Shown: positions 26,473 through 38,389 of the stretch, piece after piece
Numbering within the stretch: the first letter of the stretch is position 1
Layout: the number at the start of each line of letters is the position of its first letter
Assembly (NCBI GenBank): GCA_038087875.1
Contig: CM075988.1
Span: 12,650,001 to 12,714,000 of the forward strand
DNA from: Malacoraja senta
Lineage: Eukaryota
Length of the DNA: 64,000 nt
Direction: 5' to 3'
Notes under the pieces: generated by a model
What the model was told of the DNA's origin: nothing
What the model saw: the letters and a program-made list of their open reading frames with translations, nothing else
Database searches by the model: none
Program-made: the position numbers and the translations under genes

Positions 26473-28479
26473 TTTTTTTTTGTGATTAATATTTTATTAG
26501 AAGCAACATATTATAAAGTATAGTAACATATTATAATAGAAAAAAAAACTTTTCATATACATCAGTCATACATTATTAAAATTGTCAATTGTCAATTAAT
26601 TCTGCTTCTAGTGTTTTTTTAAATATAGATAGAAAAAGAGAGGTAGAAAGAAGAAAGCATTACAAATATCGAGAAGGAAAAAAACGAGGTGGAATGAGTT
26701 ACTTATAATACGTCATTGGAGATAAGTTCGTAGGTTATGTAATATAATTTTACATCTAATCCTGAGTTCAAGCTTCAGTTGGGTTTTCGTGCTGGGCCCA
26801 TCTATCCCTTCAAATAGTTAATGAATGGAGCCCATATTTTAACAAAAAGTTCTTGTTTGTCCATTAAGACAAGTCTAATTCTTTCTAGATGTAGGGTCTC
26901 CGACATTTCCACAATCCACATTTTAATTGTGGTGGTTATAGGACCTTTCCAAAATTTTAATATTAATTTTTTCCCAGTTATTATACTGTAGTCAAGGAAG
27001 TTTCTTTGGCTTGTTGTGAGTATTAAACTTTGTTCTGATATCCCAAGTATTATTAATTTTGAGTCTGGATCCAATTTATTATTAACAACTTCAGAAATTA
27101 TTTCAAAAATATCAATCCAGAAATTTTTGATTTTTATGCAATTTGCAAAAGTATGTGTTAAATTGGCCTCTAGATGTAGGCATTTATCACAGATAGGAGA
27201 AATATGTGGGAAGATTCTATTTAGTTTTATTTTGGAGTAATGTAATCTGTGTAAGACTTTAAATTGTAATAAAGCATGTCTGGCATTTAACGAGCATTGA
27301 TGTATATCTTGTAAACTTTCGTCCCAAATGTCTTTCGTTATAGAGTGACCTAACTCATTTTCCCATGTGTGTCTATATAGATCCATCGGTGGTACCTCAT
27401 TGTTTAAGAGGATGTTATAAATATAAGCTATTAATTTTTCAGTGTTAGGATGCTTATTCAAACATTCATCAAGAATTTCTGGTTCCCTAGTCCTGTATAC
27501 TTGTGTATTAGATTTAACATAATCTCTAATTTGTAGATATCTGAAAAAATTATTTGAGTGTAGTCCATAATTCTGTTGTAACTCTTGAAATGACAGAAAG
27601 ATGCCTTCCCTATAAAGATGTCCAATCTTTTTAATTCCATAATTTTTCCATTGTATAAAACCTCTATCCAATATGGATGGCTTGAATAAAGGATTATTTA
27701 CAATGGGAAGACATAGTGGTATATTATTCAGTTTTAAAGCTTTTTTTAAATTGTTTCCAAACGTATTCCACTATGTATTATAGGGTTTTCCTTATAGGTT
27801 TTTTTATGCAATTTTGTGGGAGCAAATATAATCGAACCAATTTCAAAAGGTAAACAGTCTTCCTTTTCCATCCTTAACCAATCTGGATATTGATCCATTT
27901 CTTCCAGCCAGAAATTCATGTTTTTAATATGGACTGCCCAAAAATAATAGAAGAAATTTGGTAAAGCCAAACCTCCGTTGCTCTTTGACTTACATAAATG
28001 TTTTTTACTTATTCTATGATTCTTATAATCCCAAATAAAGCTTGTAACAATGGAGTCGACTTTTTTGAAAACGTTTTTGGGGATATATATCGGAATTAAT
28101 TGAAATAGGTACAGTAGTTGCGGTAAGAAGATCATTTTTATAGCATTAATTCTGCCAAGCATTGAAATGGGAATTGTTTTCCAGTACTGAATATTCTTGT
28201 GTAATTTATTAAGTAAGGGTGGAAAATTTAGTTTAAATAAAGAGGTATATGGCTTAGTTACATAGATTCCTAAGTATTTAAGTTTATCTTTAACTATTTT
28301 AAAAGGGGCTTGTTGTAATGTGTTTGAATTGAATTTTGTTATTGGCATGATTTCACTTTTATTCCAGTTAATTCTATATCCTGAGAACTGACCAAATTGA
28401 GTTATTAGATTTAATAGATTTGGAATACTAGTTTCTAACTTTGTGATATATATTAGTACATCATCTGCATATAAGGAAA
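26473..28479 (-). mobile_element. 5'-truncated L1/Tx1-clade LINE (ORF2 RT end + C-terminal Cys-rich region)
   Basis: ISLYADD..FGQFSGYRINWNKS..GGLALPNF and C-terminal CDKC..HTFANC; poly(A) at 26473-26481; perfect 14-bp TSD ttggacagaattct at 26459-26472 and 28480-28493; one frame disruption near 27750. Confidence 0.95.
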
Positions 28480-28837
28480 TTGGACAGAATTCTAACAGAC
28501 ATATTAGCCCTGCCTTGTCAAACCAATATATGTATTTGTCAGACGCAATAAATTGCATTTCACAGATGTGCAAAACTAAATCTTTGCAGAATTACATGTT
28601 TTAGATGTATTCAGCTCTTTAATGGCTAGCCTACGGCTAGTTTTTCTGGTCCAATAATTGATTATTGATCCCTTAATCAGTGTGAGAATATTTTATTGGG
28701 ACTGTCTGGTGCCCAATGGTATTTCACTCAAAGTGAATTGGAATGTTTTAGGCTCCCTTTTATGATTGTCTTTGCTTCTCACAAATTTGGATGGTAAACC
28801 TCATTAAGCAATAATAAGGCAAAGTTGATATTCACGT

Positions 28838-29153
28838 ACAAGGGGAATTGAGAACCAGAGGACATAGGTTTAAGGTGAGGTGGGGGGGGGCGATATTTAA
28901 TAGGAACCTGAGGGGTAACTTTTTCACGCAAAGGATGGTCAGTGTACGGAACGAGCTGCCAGAAGAGGTCGTTGAGGCAGGTACTATCACAATGTTTAAC
29001 AACATTTAGACAGGTACATGGATAGGACAGGTTTAGAGGGATATGGACCAAATGCAGGCATGTGGGACTAGTGCAGATGGGACATGTTGGCTGGTGTGGG
29101 AAAGTTGGGCCAAAGGGCCTGTTTCCACGATGTAAGACTCGATGACTCTGTGA
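28838..29153 (+). mobile_element. CR1 LINE 3' fragment
   Basis: agaaccagaggacataggtttaaggtgag..(RTRGHRFKV) through gggcctgtttcc..gactcgatgactctgtgac tail. Confidence 0.85.
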
Positions 29154-29214
29154 CATGGTTACATTAAGGCTTAGACCACTATGTGTTCAGAATCATAGGG
29201 AAATAGAGCACAGA

Positions 29215-30110
29215 GGCACATTGGCACAGAAGTAGAGCTTTGACCGGACAGCACCTGAGTCCAGGTGACAATGTGGGTTTTCTTCAGGTGCTCTCATTTC
29301 CTCCCTCTTTCCAAAGAGGTTTGTAGGTTTATTGGCCTTTGTAAATTGTGTAGGATGCGAAAGTGGGATAACATAGAACTAGTGTGCGGGTGAGCAATGG
29401 TGAGCGTGGACTTGGTGGGCGCTGAATCTCTTAACTAAATTAAAGAAACAGGCCCTTCTGCTCAACCAGTCTAGGCTGATTAACCGATCGTTTACACTAA
29501 TTTTACATTAATATCACTTTTTTTATTCTCCCCACATTCTTATCATCTTCTAGGTTCAAATGACTGTGGCCAATTAACCAACCAATCCACATGTCTTTGG
29601 GATGCAGGTGAAAAACTCACATGGTCACAGAGAGAAAATGCAAATCCTATATAGGCAGCAACTGAGATCAGGATTGAACCCAGATCTCTGGTGCTGTGAA
29701 GCAACTACTCTACCTTCTGTACCACTGTGCCACCCATATATTATGTTCACAAGTATCTGCATTTTGGGAAATCTGGACCACGGTGGGATGAACTGACCTT
29801 TCCTTTAGAGATACAGGTTGGAAACAGGTCCGTCGACCCGCTAAGTCCATGCCAACCATTGATCACTTGTTTCCACTCGTTCTATGTTGTCCCATTTTGG
29901 CAGCCACTCCCTTCACACGAGGGACAATTTTACAGAGGCCAATGGACTTACAAACCCACACATCTTTGGAATGTGGGTGGAAACCAGAGCACCCAGAGGA
30001 AATCCATGAGGTCACAGGGAGAACTTGCAAGCTCCACACAGACAGCATCCAAAGTCAGTATCAAACCCAGGTCTGTGAGGCAGCAACTCTACCAGCTGTA
30101 TCATTGCAAC
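29215..30110. mobile_element. Cluster of three HE1-like SINEs (+ at ~29215-29440, - at ~29445-29735, - at ~29800-30110)
   Basis: Shared SINE body motifs (ccaattaacc, gtctttgg, gtcacagggagaac). Confidence 0.75.
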
Positions 30111-31304
30111 CTTGAACTGCACTCTTAAAATCAATGTTCAGCAAGCAATTGCTCTCTGTGAGAGATAAGGGTTCATATATTTACAGTTTGGTTGGCAGGG
30201 AGAAAGCTCTAATCCTTGGGGGACTATTTGAGAGATGTCTCAAGTGGAGCCAAAGAGGACAGTAGGTTTGAACTGCCACTCTGATCCTGATTTGCTCTGT
30301 GTTAACAAGAATGTATTGTGCAAAGGTTGGGACTCAATGTGACAGAATTGTGAATGCTCCAGAATTGTCACTGCAGTCACTGGATGGTTCAGAAATTGAA
30401 CTTTAGTTCCTGGTCTCATTATCCCCCTTTATTTCCTCTGTTGGACACTGGAAGTAGTCAATAATGTAAACGATCAAATAACATGTCTGAAGCAGGGGGT
30501 TACCTCTTCCGGAACGTTCTGTACTGAAACACCAGAACCAGTTGGTTGGATAATACAGTTCTTCAAAGAATGACAACAACATTATCGTATAATCATTTTC
30601 ATAGGACACTGACGTCACGTCCTTTTTCAATAATCACTTAAAAAGGGAAAGAAAATCCATCCATCTGAATGTCCCATCTGTGTGTGCTTTATTATGGAAA
30701 CAAGTTCCATAGGTACATAGGTCAATATACTATCCTCTGCATTTGGGGATGACTACTTGTAGTTCCCAGTGATCTGTCTTCAAACTGATGTCTTTGTAGT
30801 CTGCATTGGTGGTGGTGTTTCCTCTGCTTTCTCTTGCCTCCTTCAGCGAGACTCACATAAACAGGTCAGCTCCCCTCATGTCTGACCGTTCAGTGAATCA
30901 CTCCTCATCATCCAGTTATGATGTTCCTTTATCACTATCACCTGCTCTACTGTATTACTTTCAAATATGGCCGCGCCAATTTCCTGGTCCACCACGATCA
31001 GTCCTGGATTGTGGTGATCACCTTTGTCAATGAGCATCTTGCAGCTGGCTTCATGTGATTTATTGATTTCAACTGCACTGGCTTGCTTTAGAACAGTGGT
31101 TCTTAACCTGGGGGCCGGGAATTTTCTGAAATCTCAGAAAATGTTTGCATATATTTTGTGAAGACTGGCATTGACATTTTGTGTGAGCCTACATAGTTTT
31201 ATATATCGTAATTCATAGAAATTGTGATCCATAATAAAGCGGGGAATTTTAACTGGCTGGTGTGTGGTCGGGGTAACCCGAATAAAAGATGGGGAAGGGG
31301 AAGA

Positions 31305-31992
31305 CCCATCACTAATGATGGATCCACCCTGTAGGAGGGGGGAGCACTAGGACCCTGCAGAGTCTTTACTGATGGATCTTCCCTGTAGGGGGGGGGGGGG
31401 GGGCGGGAGCACTAGGACCCAACAGAGTCATCACTACTGATAGGTTTTCCCTGTAGGGGGGTGGAGCACTAGGACCCTGCAGAGTCATCACTACTGATGG
31501 ATGATTTTGTGTGTGTAAATGATATTTTATTTTGTGTCCAAGATGGCGGTCGGAAGGGTGAGTGGACGCTGGCGCGCTTTAGCAGCCGCTGCTCTCGCTT
31601 CCATATTGTGTTTTTGATTTTTGTTTTTGGATTGAATTCTCTCTTTAATTTGTGTACTCGTGATGTCTTTACTATTTATTTCATTCCGCTTACATGTTTC
31701 TACTATTTGTTAAACTTTGTAAGGTGTCCTTGAGACTTTTGAAAGGCGCCCATAAATAAAATTTATTATTATTATTATTATCTTCCCTGTAGGGGGGCGG
31801 GAGCACTAGGGCCCAACAGAGTCATCACTACTGATGGGTCTTCACGGTAGGTGGGGGGGGGGCACTCGGACCCAGCAGAGTCATCACTACTTAGGAGGGG
31901 GAGCACTAGGACCCAGCAGAGTCATCACTACTGATGGGCCTTCACTGTGGGGGGGGGGGGGGGAGGGGGGACATTAGGACACAGCAGAGACA
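31305..31992 (+). repeat. G-rich minisatellite (~55-60 bp unit), interrupted by a retroelement
   Basis: Repeated gggagcactaggaccc..cagagtcatcactactgatgg.tcttccctgtagggggg, about 7-8 full or partial units. Confidence 0.9.
31501..31781 (+). mobile_element. Retroelement 3' end (L2-like tail)
   Basis: tgtaaggtgtccttgag...aggcgcccataaataaa followed by (TTA)n; splits one minisatellite unit. Confidence 0.75.
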
Positions 31993-32385
31993 GACCACGT
32001 GCTGTCTGGATGGTGGAGGTTGTGGGCCTGGTGCTGAGCCAGGAACTCTGTTGAGGTGACGGCTCTGTCCCGCTGGTGGCCGGTGGAGAGGCGAGGGTCG
32101 GCGGAGTCGCTGGTGGAGGCCCGTGGGGAGCTGGAGTAGAGAAACAGGCAGCAGCATCGGTGGCTTTCTGAAGACAGTGAAAGTCGGGGAGGTGGTGAGA
32201 GTCGGCAGGTGCGGCTGTTTCAGTTGTCCGGGCCTGGGTTTGGATGTGGGTGTGAGTGGGTGTGTCAGTGGGTGTGGGTGGGTCAGCGGGTGTGGGTGTG
32301 TGTGTGAGTGGGTGTATGTGAGTGGGTGAGTGAGTGTGTGTCTGAGTGTGTGTGTTAGTGGGAGGGTGAATTTTGTAAATGCAGT

Positions 32386-32594
32386 TAAAACCATTCGATC
32401 TGTTGAACGTTAATAGAGTATAGACTTGGTGACCTGTTTCCAAATGTTTGTGTTAGCTTAAGAATACTATTAACAATTCCAGCAACAGTAGCTTCTGCAG
32501 AGAGGTCATTTAGCAAACTCACACTGATTAAGAATGATTTAAGGTCTATAATGTCTCAGGAACGTCTTGTGGATTTGGCCAGGCTAAGTATTTA
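32386..32594 (+). pseudogene. hAT transposase C-terminal dimerisation domain, Tip100/ZMYM1-like
   Basis: Manual translation: EYRLGDLFPNVCVSLRILLTIPATVASAERSFSKLTLIKNDLRSIMSQERLVDLARLSI*. Not in the ORF track. Confidence 0.85.
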
Positions 32595-32722
32595 AAGTCA
32601 ATTTTATTCGTCACATGCCCCCGAAGGTGCAGTGAAATGAATTTGCCAGCAGCGATACACTTAAAAAGAACACACAATACACAAGGTGGAAGGCAACAAG
32701 GTTCAGCAAGTCCTCCTCCTTT
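32595..32722 (-). mobile_element. Short retroelement 3' end, same family as 1392-1597
   Basis: Shared gcagtgaaatgaatttgccagcagcg..aatacacaa..ggtggaaggca; internal deletion relative to 1392-1597. Confidence 0.7.
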
Positions 32723-32775
32723 AAAAAGCCAGAGAAGAGCTCCTTCATGAAGATGCGCAGCTCAATAGTGATTTC

Positions 32776-33027
32776 ATGGAACAAGAGCTCGCCACGTTTT
32801 GGCTGAAAGTGAAGGAATGTCCTGTTTTTTCGAAGAGGGCCCTTACCCTATTGGTCCAGTCCCCCTCAACTTATCGCTGTGAGGCTGGATTCTCAGCCAT
32901 GGTAACTCTGAAAACAAAGGTACGCAATAGGCTTGTGATCAACGCTGACATGAGGTGCTGCCTGTCGAGCATTCATCCTCGTTTTGATTGCCTGATGGCT
33001 GCAAAGCAATTTCAGCCATCCCATTGA
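32776..33027 (+). pseudogene. hAT transposase C-terminus, Charlie/Buster-like
   Basis: FWLKVKECP...PSTYRCEAGFSAMVTLKTKVRNRL..DMRCCLSSIHPRF..QFQPSH. Confidence 0.9.
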
Positions 33028-33429
33028 CTGAGCATTGGCAGACATGTTTTAATAAATCAGGCTGGGTTTTTTTCAAGTTTTGTTTCGGGGGGTCACGGTA
33101 CTGACCAAGAATGTCTGAAGGTGTCGTGGGGCCAAAAAGGTTAAGAACCACTGTTTTAGAATAACATGCAGCTCCCAAGTCAAGTCAAGTCAAAATGCCA
33201 CTATTTGTTTATCCACCACTAGCATCTTGGTGTACATACAATTCGTGTGTATTTGGCACCTGTATCTTGGTTTCCACTGGCAATCATCTCACCCTCTTTA
33301 TGATCATTTAGTGCTTACCTTATCTGCTCCATGGACTTTTGATATCCGCCTCAGTGTGCCATGTTTGGAGAAATAAGTTTTCAATCCGCATCTCACTCCC
33401 ATTTTCCTTTATGGAGAGCAATACCTTTA

Positions 33430-35325
33430 AAGCCCTGTCTCACTGTGCGAGTTGAACCACGAGTGACCCCGAGTGAAAGACTCGTGGTTGCGTACGAGAC
33501 TCCAAGTTCATGATCAAGAGTTTAACCGAGTTCCCACGGGTATGTCTAAGTTTGCCGTTTACTTCTCATTTCTGCGATGTTCCACGTTCGTCTCCCGAGT
33601 GTACCAAGTTCCTCTCCCGTTAATGTTGAGGCAACAATGCATCTGCTTATCTGATGGTAGATCTCAAAACTTGTCATTGAGCACATTGCATTGTCTCTTT
33701 TATTGCCTGAATTTAGGCTTGTGCATTTCTCAGCTGAATTAGTATATAGTGGAAATACTTTTATTTGTGCTTCATTTGTTGATTTGCATGTTTGAGAAGC
33801 CCTTTTTCAGACCACTGTGTTGTTTGCTGTGGTGCTACTTTCCTCAATATGTGCAAAAAAGCATTTATGATATTGAACAAGATTAATAAAGACTTTGTTT
33901 CTCATTCACCGTGCTGTTTGTTTTATTTTCTGATCTACTGAGAGGTGACACTTTCTAACATTTAAATAGCACAGCATATGAGGCACCAGAGTCCTTAACT
34001 CTCCCAAATGATTGTGAGAATCAAGATGTGAATATATTTTGCCTTCCTCTATTTTGTGTTTTATGATGAAAGGAATATTACATTCAAGTCATGAGACTTT
34101 GTAGTGATATTAAAATGAAGACTTCCAGACATCAATTTGATCTTGATAGCAAAGAACTCTCTTTTATTGTGCAATGAAGTAAACAAACAGTGAGAATCAA
34201 ACGGATTAGTAAAAAGCTTTTCAACACTTTAAGCTATTAGAAAAAGTGGGAGTATCCAAAAGATACTAAAATATGATCAAACAGGCATAAAACAACATAA
34301 ACATACAGATAAGAATGAACATCAGAGGGATAACGGAACTAATCTCCCAGGTCTGTCCCTTCATCAAATGGTGATTCTGCTCCACTAAGACGGCCGTCTC
34401 CATATTCAGATTGCAAAGCAGGCTGCAACTCTGTATAACTGAGTCGTGATGGGGGGTGAAAGCAGGAATTAAATGAGAGCATGGCCAGGGTAGTGTGGGT
34501 CCATGACAATGCTGGCTGCCTTTTTGAGGCAGCACCTCCTATAGAACCCTTTGATTCAGTAAAGTTCAGTAAAGAGATCGGGAATCTGGCATCATGGCTT
34601 GAGAATAAAACCCAGCCTTAACATCCGCATAATGAAAGAGTTGGTGTTGTCCTATTGGAACAGAGGTGCAGGAGAGGTGAACACAACCCTGTCTTCTTCA
34701 ACAGCACTGGTAGAGATGGCTTCTGGACGTGACTGGCAAACCTCAGATTAGGCTGCCATGAAGTGTCATAAAATGTTCTCACGCTGTTCCTCAATACTGG
34801 TTTGTCTTAAGGTTGTGAGCTCAGTCCCAAATACACAAAATCAATATATAAACTTCAAGCAATTTTTTCTTTTCAACCCACTCTGTCACCTTATCAATAA
34901 CTTGCTTAACTTTGTTAAGCAGAATTTGTCTTTAAAAAGTCTATGTTGGTGTTCCTTAACTGATCCATACTTATCCAAGTAACTGATATTTCTGTCCCTG
35001 ATTATTGTTTCTAAAAAGAGTTCCCACGGTAGACTCACGAGTCACAAAGTTAAACGCACGGGCCACTACGTTCTTACAAGAAGTTTAAATGTTTCAAATT
35101 TTAACCTCAAGAGTACATTTTACTCGTGGAAAAGTTTAAACATGTTTGAACTTTTTCAAGAGTTAACAAGTTTCACGGGTACCTGCCGTTAGCGCCAAGA
35201 GTCGCTAAGTTGCGTCCACGAGTTCCGACGTTCCCGCTAGGTTAATTGTACGTGATTACCACGAGTTAAATTTGTTTTAAACTCGGGGTACCTCGTGGGT
35301 CAGCTCGCACAGTGAGACAGGGGTT
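33430..35325. mobile_element. PIF/Harbinger-type non-autonomous element with a 1.4-kb foreign interior
   Basis: ~45-bp imperfect TIRs AAGCCCTGTCTCACTGTGCGAGTTGAACCACGAG.. / ..CTCGTGGGTCAGCTCGCACAGTGAGACAGGGGTT; TTA on both sides. Confidence 0.8.
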
Positions 35326-35689
35326 TTAGAATCGCACACAATCCTTGCTGTACTTTGGCTATGCTGTCACCTGTCTTGTGCTTCAGTATTTGTAATGTTT
35401 TCTGTCAGCATACTGCCAGCTCTCTTGGCTTTTGATAACTACTAACCTTTGCATATCTGTAAACAAGTGTCTAGATGAGCAGCCAATCTTGTTCACTAAA
35501 CCCCAGATTCCAGAAATATTCCAATCTCTGATTTACCCAAATTTACCAATTCTCAATTATTCAACAGCAATTTTAGCACCATTGATAATATTCCAAAGGA
35601 TTATGTTGCAAACTGCTGGTAAGGCCTCTAATGCATTCTTCAGGCCTTGAGAGCTTTAGGCCATTGCACAATATATTCTCATTGTGCAA

Positions 35690-35830
35690 AGAGCATCTTT
35701 ACTTTGCACTGTTCTGATTTACCTGCCACAGGCAGTTCAATATATGATGTGAATACTTCATTCCATTTTCTCCATTCCATTGGCAGGTTACTCACATGGA
35801 AATCCCAAGGTTTGGCAGCTTTATCTGTTG
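35690..35830 (-). pseudogene. Possible Gypsy gag N-terminal remnant
   Basis: PWDFHVSNLPMEWRKWNEVFTSYIELPVAGKSEQCKVKML resembles Gypsy gag starts (NL..W.KW...F..Y......KSE..KV..LL); no LTRs seen. Confidence 0.4.
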
Positions 35831-38389
35831 TATCCTGTGCTCTCTTGACTGAACAATACCATTTTTGTTTCTCATAGAGAGAAACGTGTCCTTCGATGTA
35901 TTCCTCTCTCTTTCCTCTGCCAACTGCCGTATATTTAATAATGCTTTCTTGTCCAGATATACTCTGTGCAATTAATTCAAAAGTGCCTTCCATGTTGTTC
36001 ATTACTAAAATTAAATGTTCACTTACTTTGAAACAGTGATCAGATTTCAAAATAATTAATAATATGTATGAACAACTTTGCGCTCTTAACAATATGTAAT
36101 GGATCTATATAATTTCTCACATTATTTTACTTTACAGCTTCCTCCATTCATATTGCCTTCAATGAAAGAAACTGAACAAATACTTCAATGGGAAGTTTCA
36201 TATTTTATTTAATTAGCTCACAGAATATGAGCATTGCTGACACTCATTGCCTATCCCCAATTGTCCTTGAGATCTGATTGACCTGCAAGGATATGAGAGT
36301 TAAATACAAATCCTTTATACCTTTTCATCCTTTACACCATACCAGTATTAACATCAGCTGCCTTAGAACAACATGCAGATAATGTGTGTAGGAAGGAACT
36401 GCAGATGCTGGTTTAAACTGAAGATAGACACAAAAAACTGGAGTAACTCAGTGAGACAAGTAGCTTTATTGGATTTTTTTGTTGTTGCACTGAATGTGCC
36501 TGGAAAGCTGCTGCGAAGGATATAAAAACCATGACAATCCAATACAGTAAAAAAAAAGGAAGTTTTAATGGAAGTTGCATCACTAATGTATAAAACAACA
36601 GCTTTCATCAAAAAGTGCAAGATAAGTATCAAACCTTTCAAAGCGTTCAGTATTTGAAGTTGCCATACATTTCTCAAATGCTTTTATGCTGGTTCAGTCT
36701 CATTACAATTTAAATATGTCATAAATTATATTACATATCCATGGAGACTTGCTGTCTGTAGGTGACGCCAGGTCTCACATCACAGCAATGAATTGACAGT
36801 TCAGAATAAAAGTTACATTGCAAAACTACCTTTGAGTTTTCTGTGTAGTACTTCATGATGAGCAGCACTTACATTTCATCTTTGAGCTGGTGAATAATCA
36901 ATCTGACAGTCAAGACAATGGGATTCTGACTTGCATAATCCACACTACCGTGACTAAAATTTACAACTGAAGTTGAAGCTCACCCTTAAGGTCCCGCACT
37001 TATTTACTTTTAATTATTTGTGACAATGGCATTGTAGTAAGGTGGCTTTTATTGCATGTCCCTAATTTGATAGAACTCTGTCCCATTGTTGCCCATTTCT
37101 GAAGGTAAAATGTCAGTCTTTTGGGGTTCTAGCATCACAAGTGGGTTTGAAAGGGGAAGATGCTCATCTCTTAAGTGAACCAGTTAGTCAGCTGCAGCAA
37201 TCTGGTATCTTCATCATCACCATTAGTATTTGTTTAATCCAGACTCCAATTAGTTGAATTTAAATGCCCATTTTTAGATCATTTAGATCATCAATGTAGG
37301 TCTTTGGATTTCTAATCCAATTATTTGATCACTACACTACCACATCACTGCTGATGCTGTTTCTTTTCTGTATTAAGTGCACTGATGTTCAGAGTGATAG
37401 CAATATCTTGTCATTCTTTTGCAGTATTTGTAATCACAGTAAAAGTGTTGCATAAATAAAAGAGCTACCTATCTATCTACAGTCAAAACCCTTGACGTTG
37501 AGCCTCCTCAACATTTGTGAACATTTGAAGTTATCTCCCATCTCTTCATTGATATTAAATTGCACATCCTGGAATTCTGTAGTACAAATGAGGCCTTTTG
37601 GCCCATCTTATTTGTGCTGACTCCAGGAAAGGGTTCAACAGGTGACCAGCCCTTCTTTCTGGCAATTTTTTTTTCCTGCTGAAGTTGATATGCTACTTGA
37701 TTGAAACCTCTAATCCTATTGATCTATCTGACTTGAACACATTAAACAATGTTTGTGAGATAATATTTTCCAACTAATTTTAACACAAAATTCACACTCT
37801 CTGCCCCCACCCTTCTTTGCGTTAACTATATGACGCCTGGACAATAGTGTTCAGAGAACGTTTTCAAGTGTGTCTTGCGTTATTGCTGGTTTGAATGTTA
37901 AATGGGGACATTGGCCTGAATTTTAACAGCCAGAGCATTTCCTTTGGGAATGTCTGCTATCAAATTCATTCTCCACATGCCTGATGCAGATATAGTTTGT
38001 TTAAGTTCTGCCAGATGATTTTGTACCCATTCTAAACAAAAAAAGGCACATTGTAACTCATTGTGGCCATCCGACTGCAGACATGGACTCAATAGGCCAA
38101 AGGGCATGTTTGTATTTCTTGCCAGCTTTATATCTCTTTGAGTGTATGACTGTTTAAGAATGAGGATCCTCTACTAAACCAATCTCACTCCCAGGAATAG
38201 TTAGCGAGATGATGTGCTGAATTGTAGTAACAGGAAGCCAAACCATTTATCTTGGAATATTCCTGCTTCCTCTAGTCTGAAAGAAATAGTTGTGAAAGGA
38301 TTACCAACTTGTTTCTTCAAGCTTTCTCTGGACCCAATTCTCTTCGCCATAATGCTGCCTTTGAGAGAAGGTTGCAACATTTATTTTAA

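Larger units (their letters stand above)
31094..33153 (+). mobile_element. Composite non-autonomous hAT (Charlie/Buster-like) element
   Basis: TIRs CAGTGGTTCTTAACCT / AGGTTAAGAACCACTG; 8-bp TSD ctttagaa / ttttagaa. Confidence 0.9.

Noticed and set aside
31305..31992. CRISPR-like repeat array
   Set aside because: Contiguous tandem units with no unique spacers and no cas genes, in eukaryotic DNA.
31928..32443. Pro/Thr/His-rich ORFs
   Set aside because: Translation of GT-rich low-complexity sequence.
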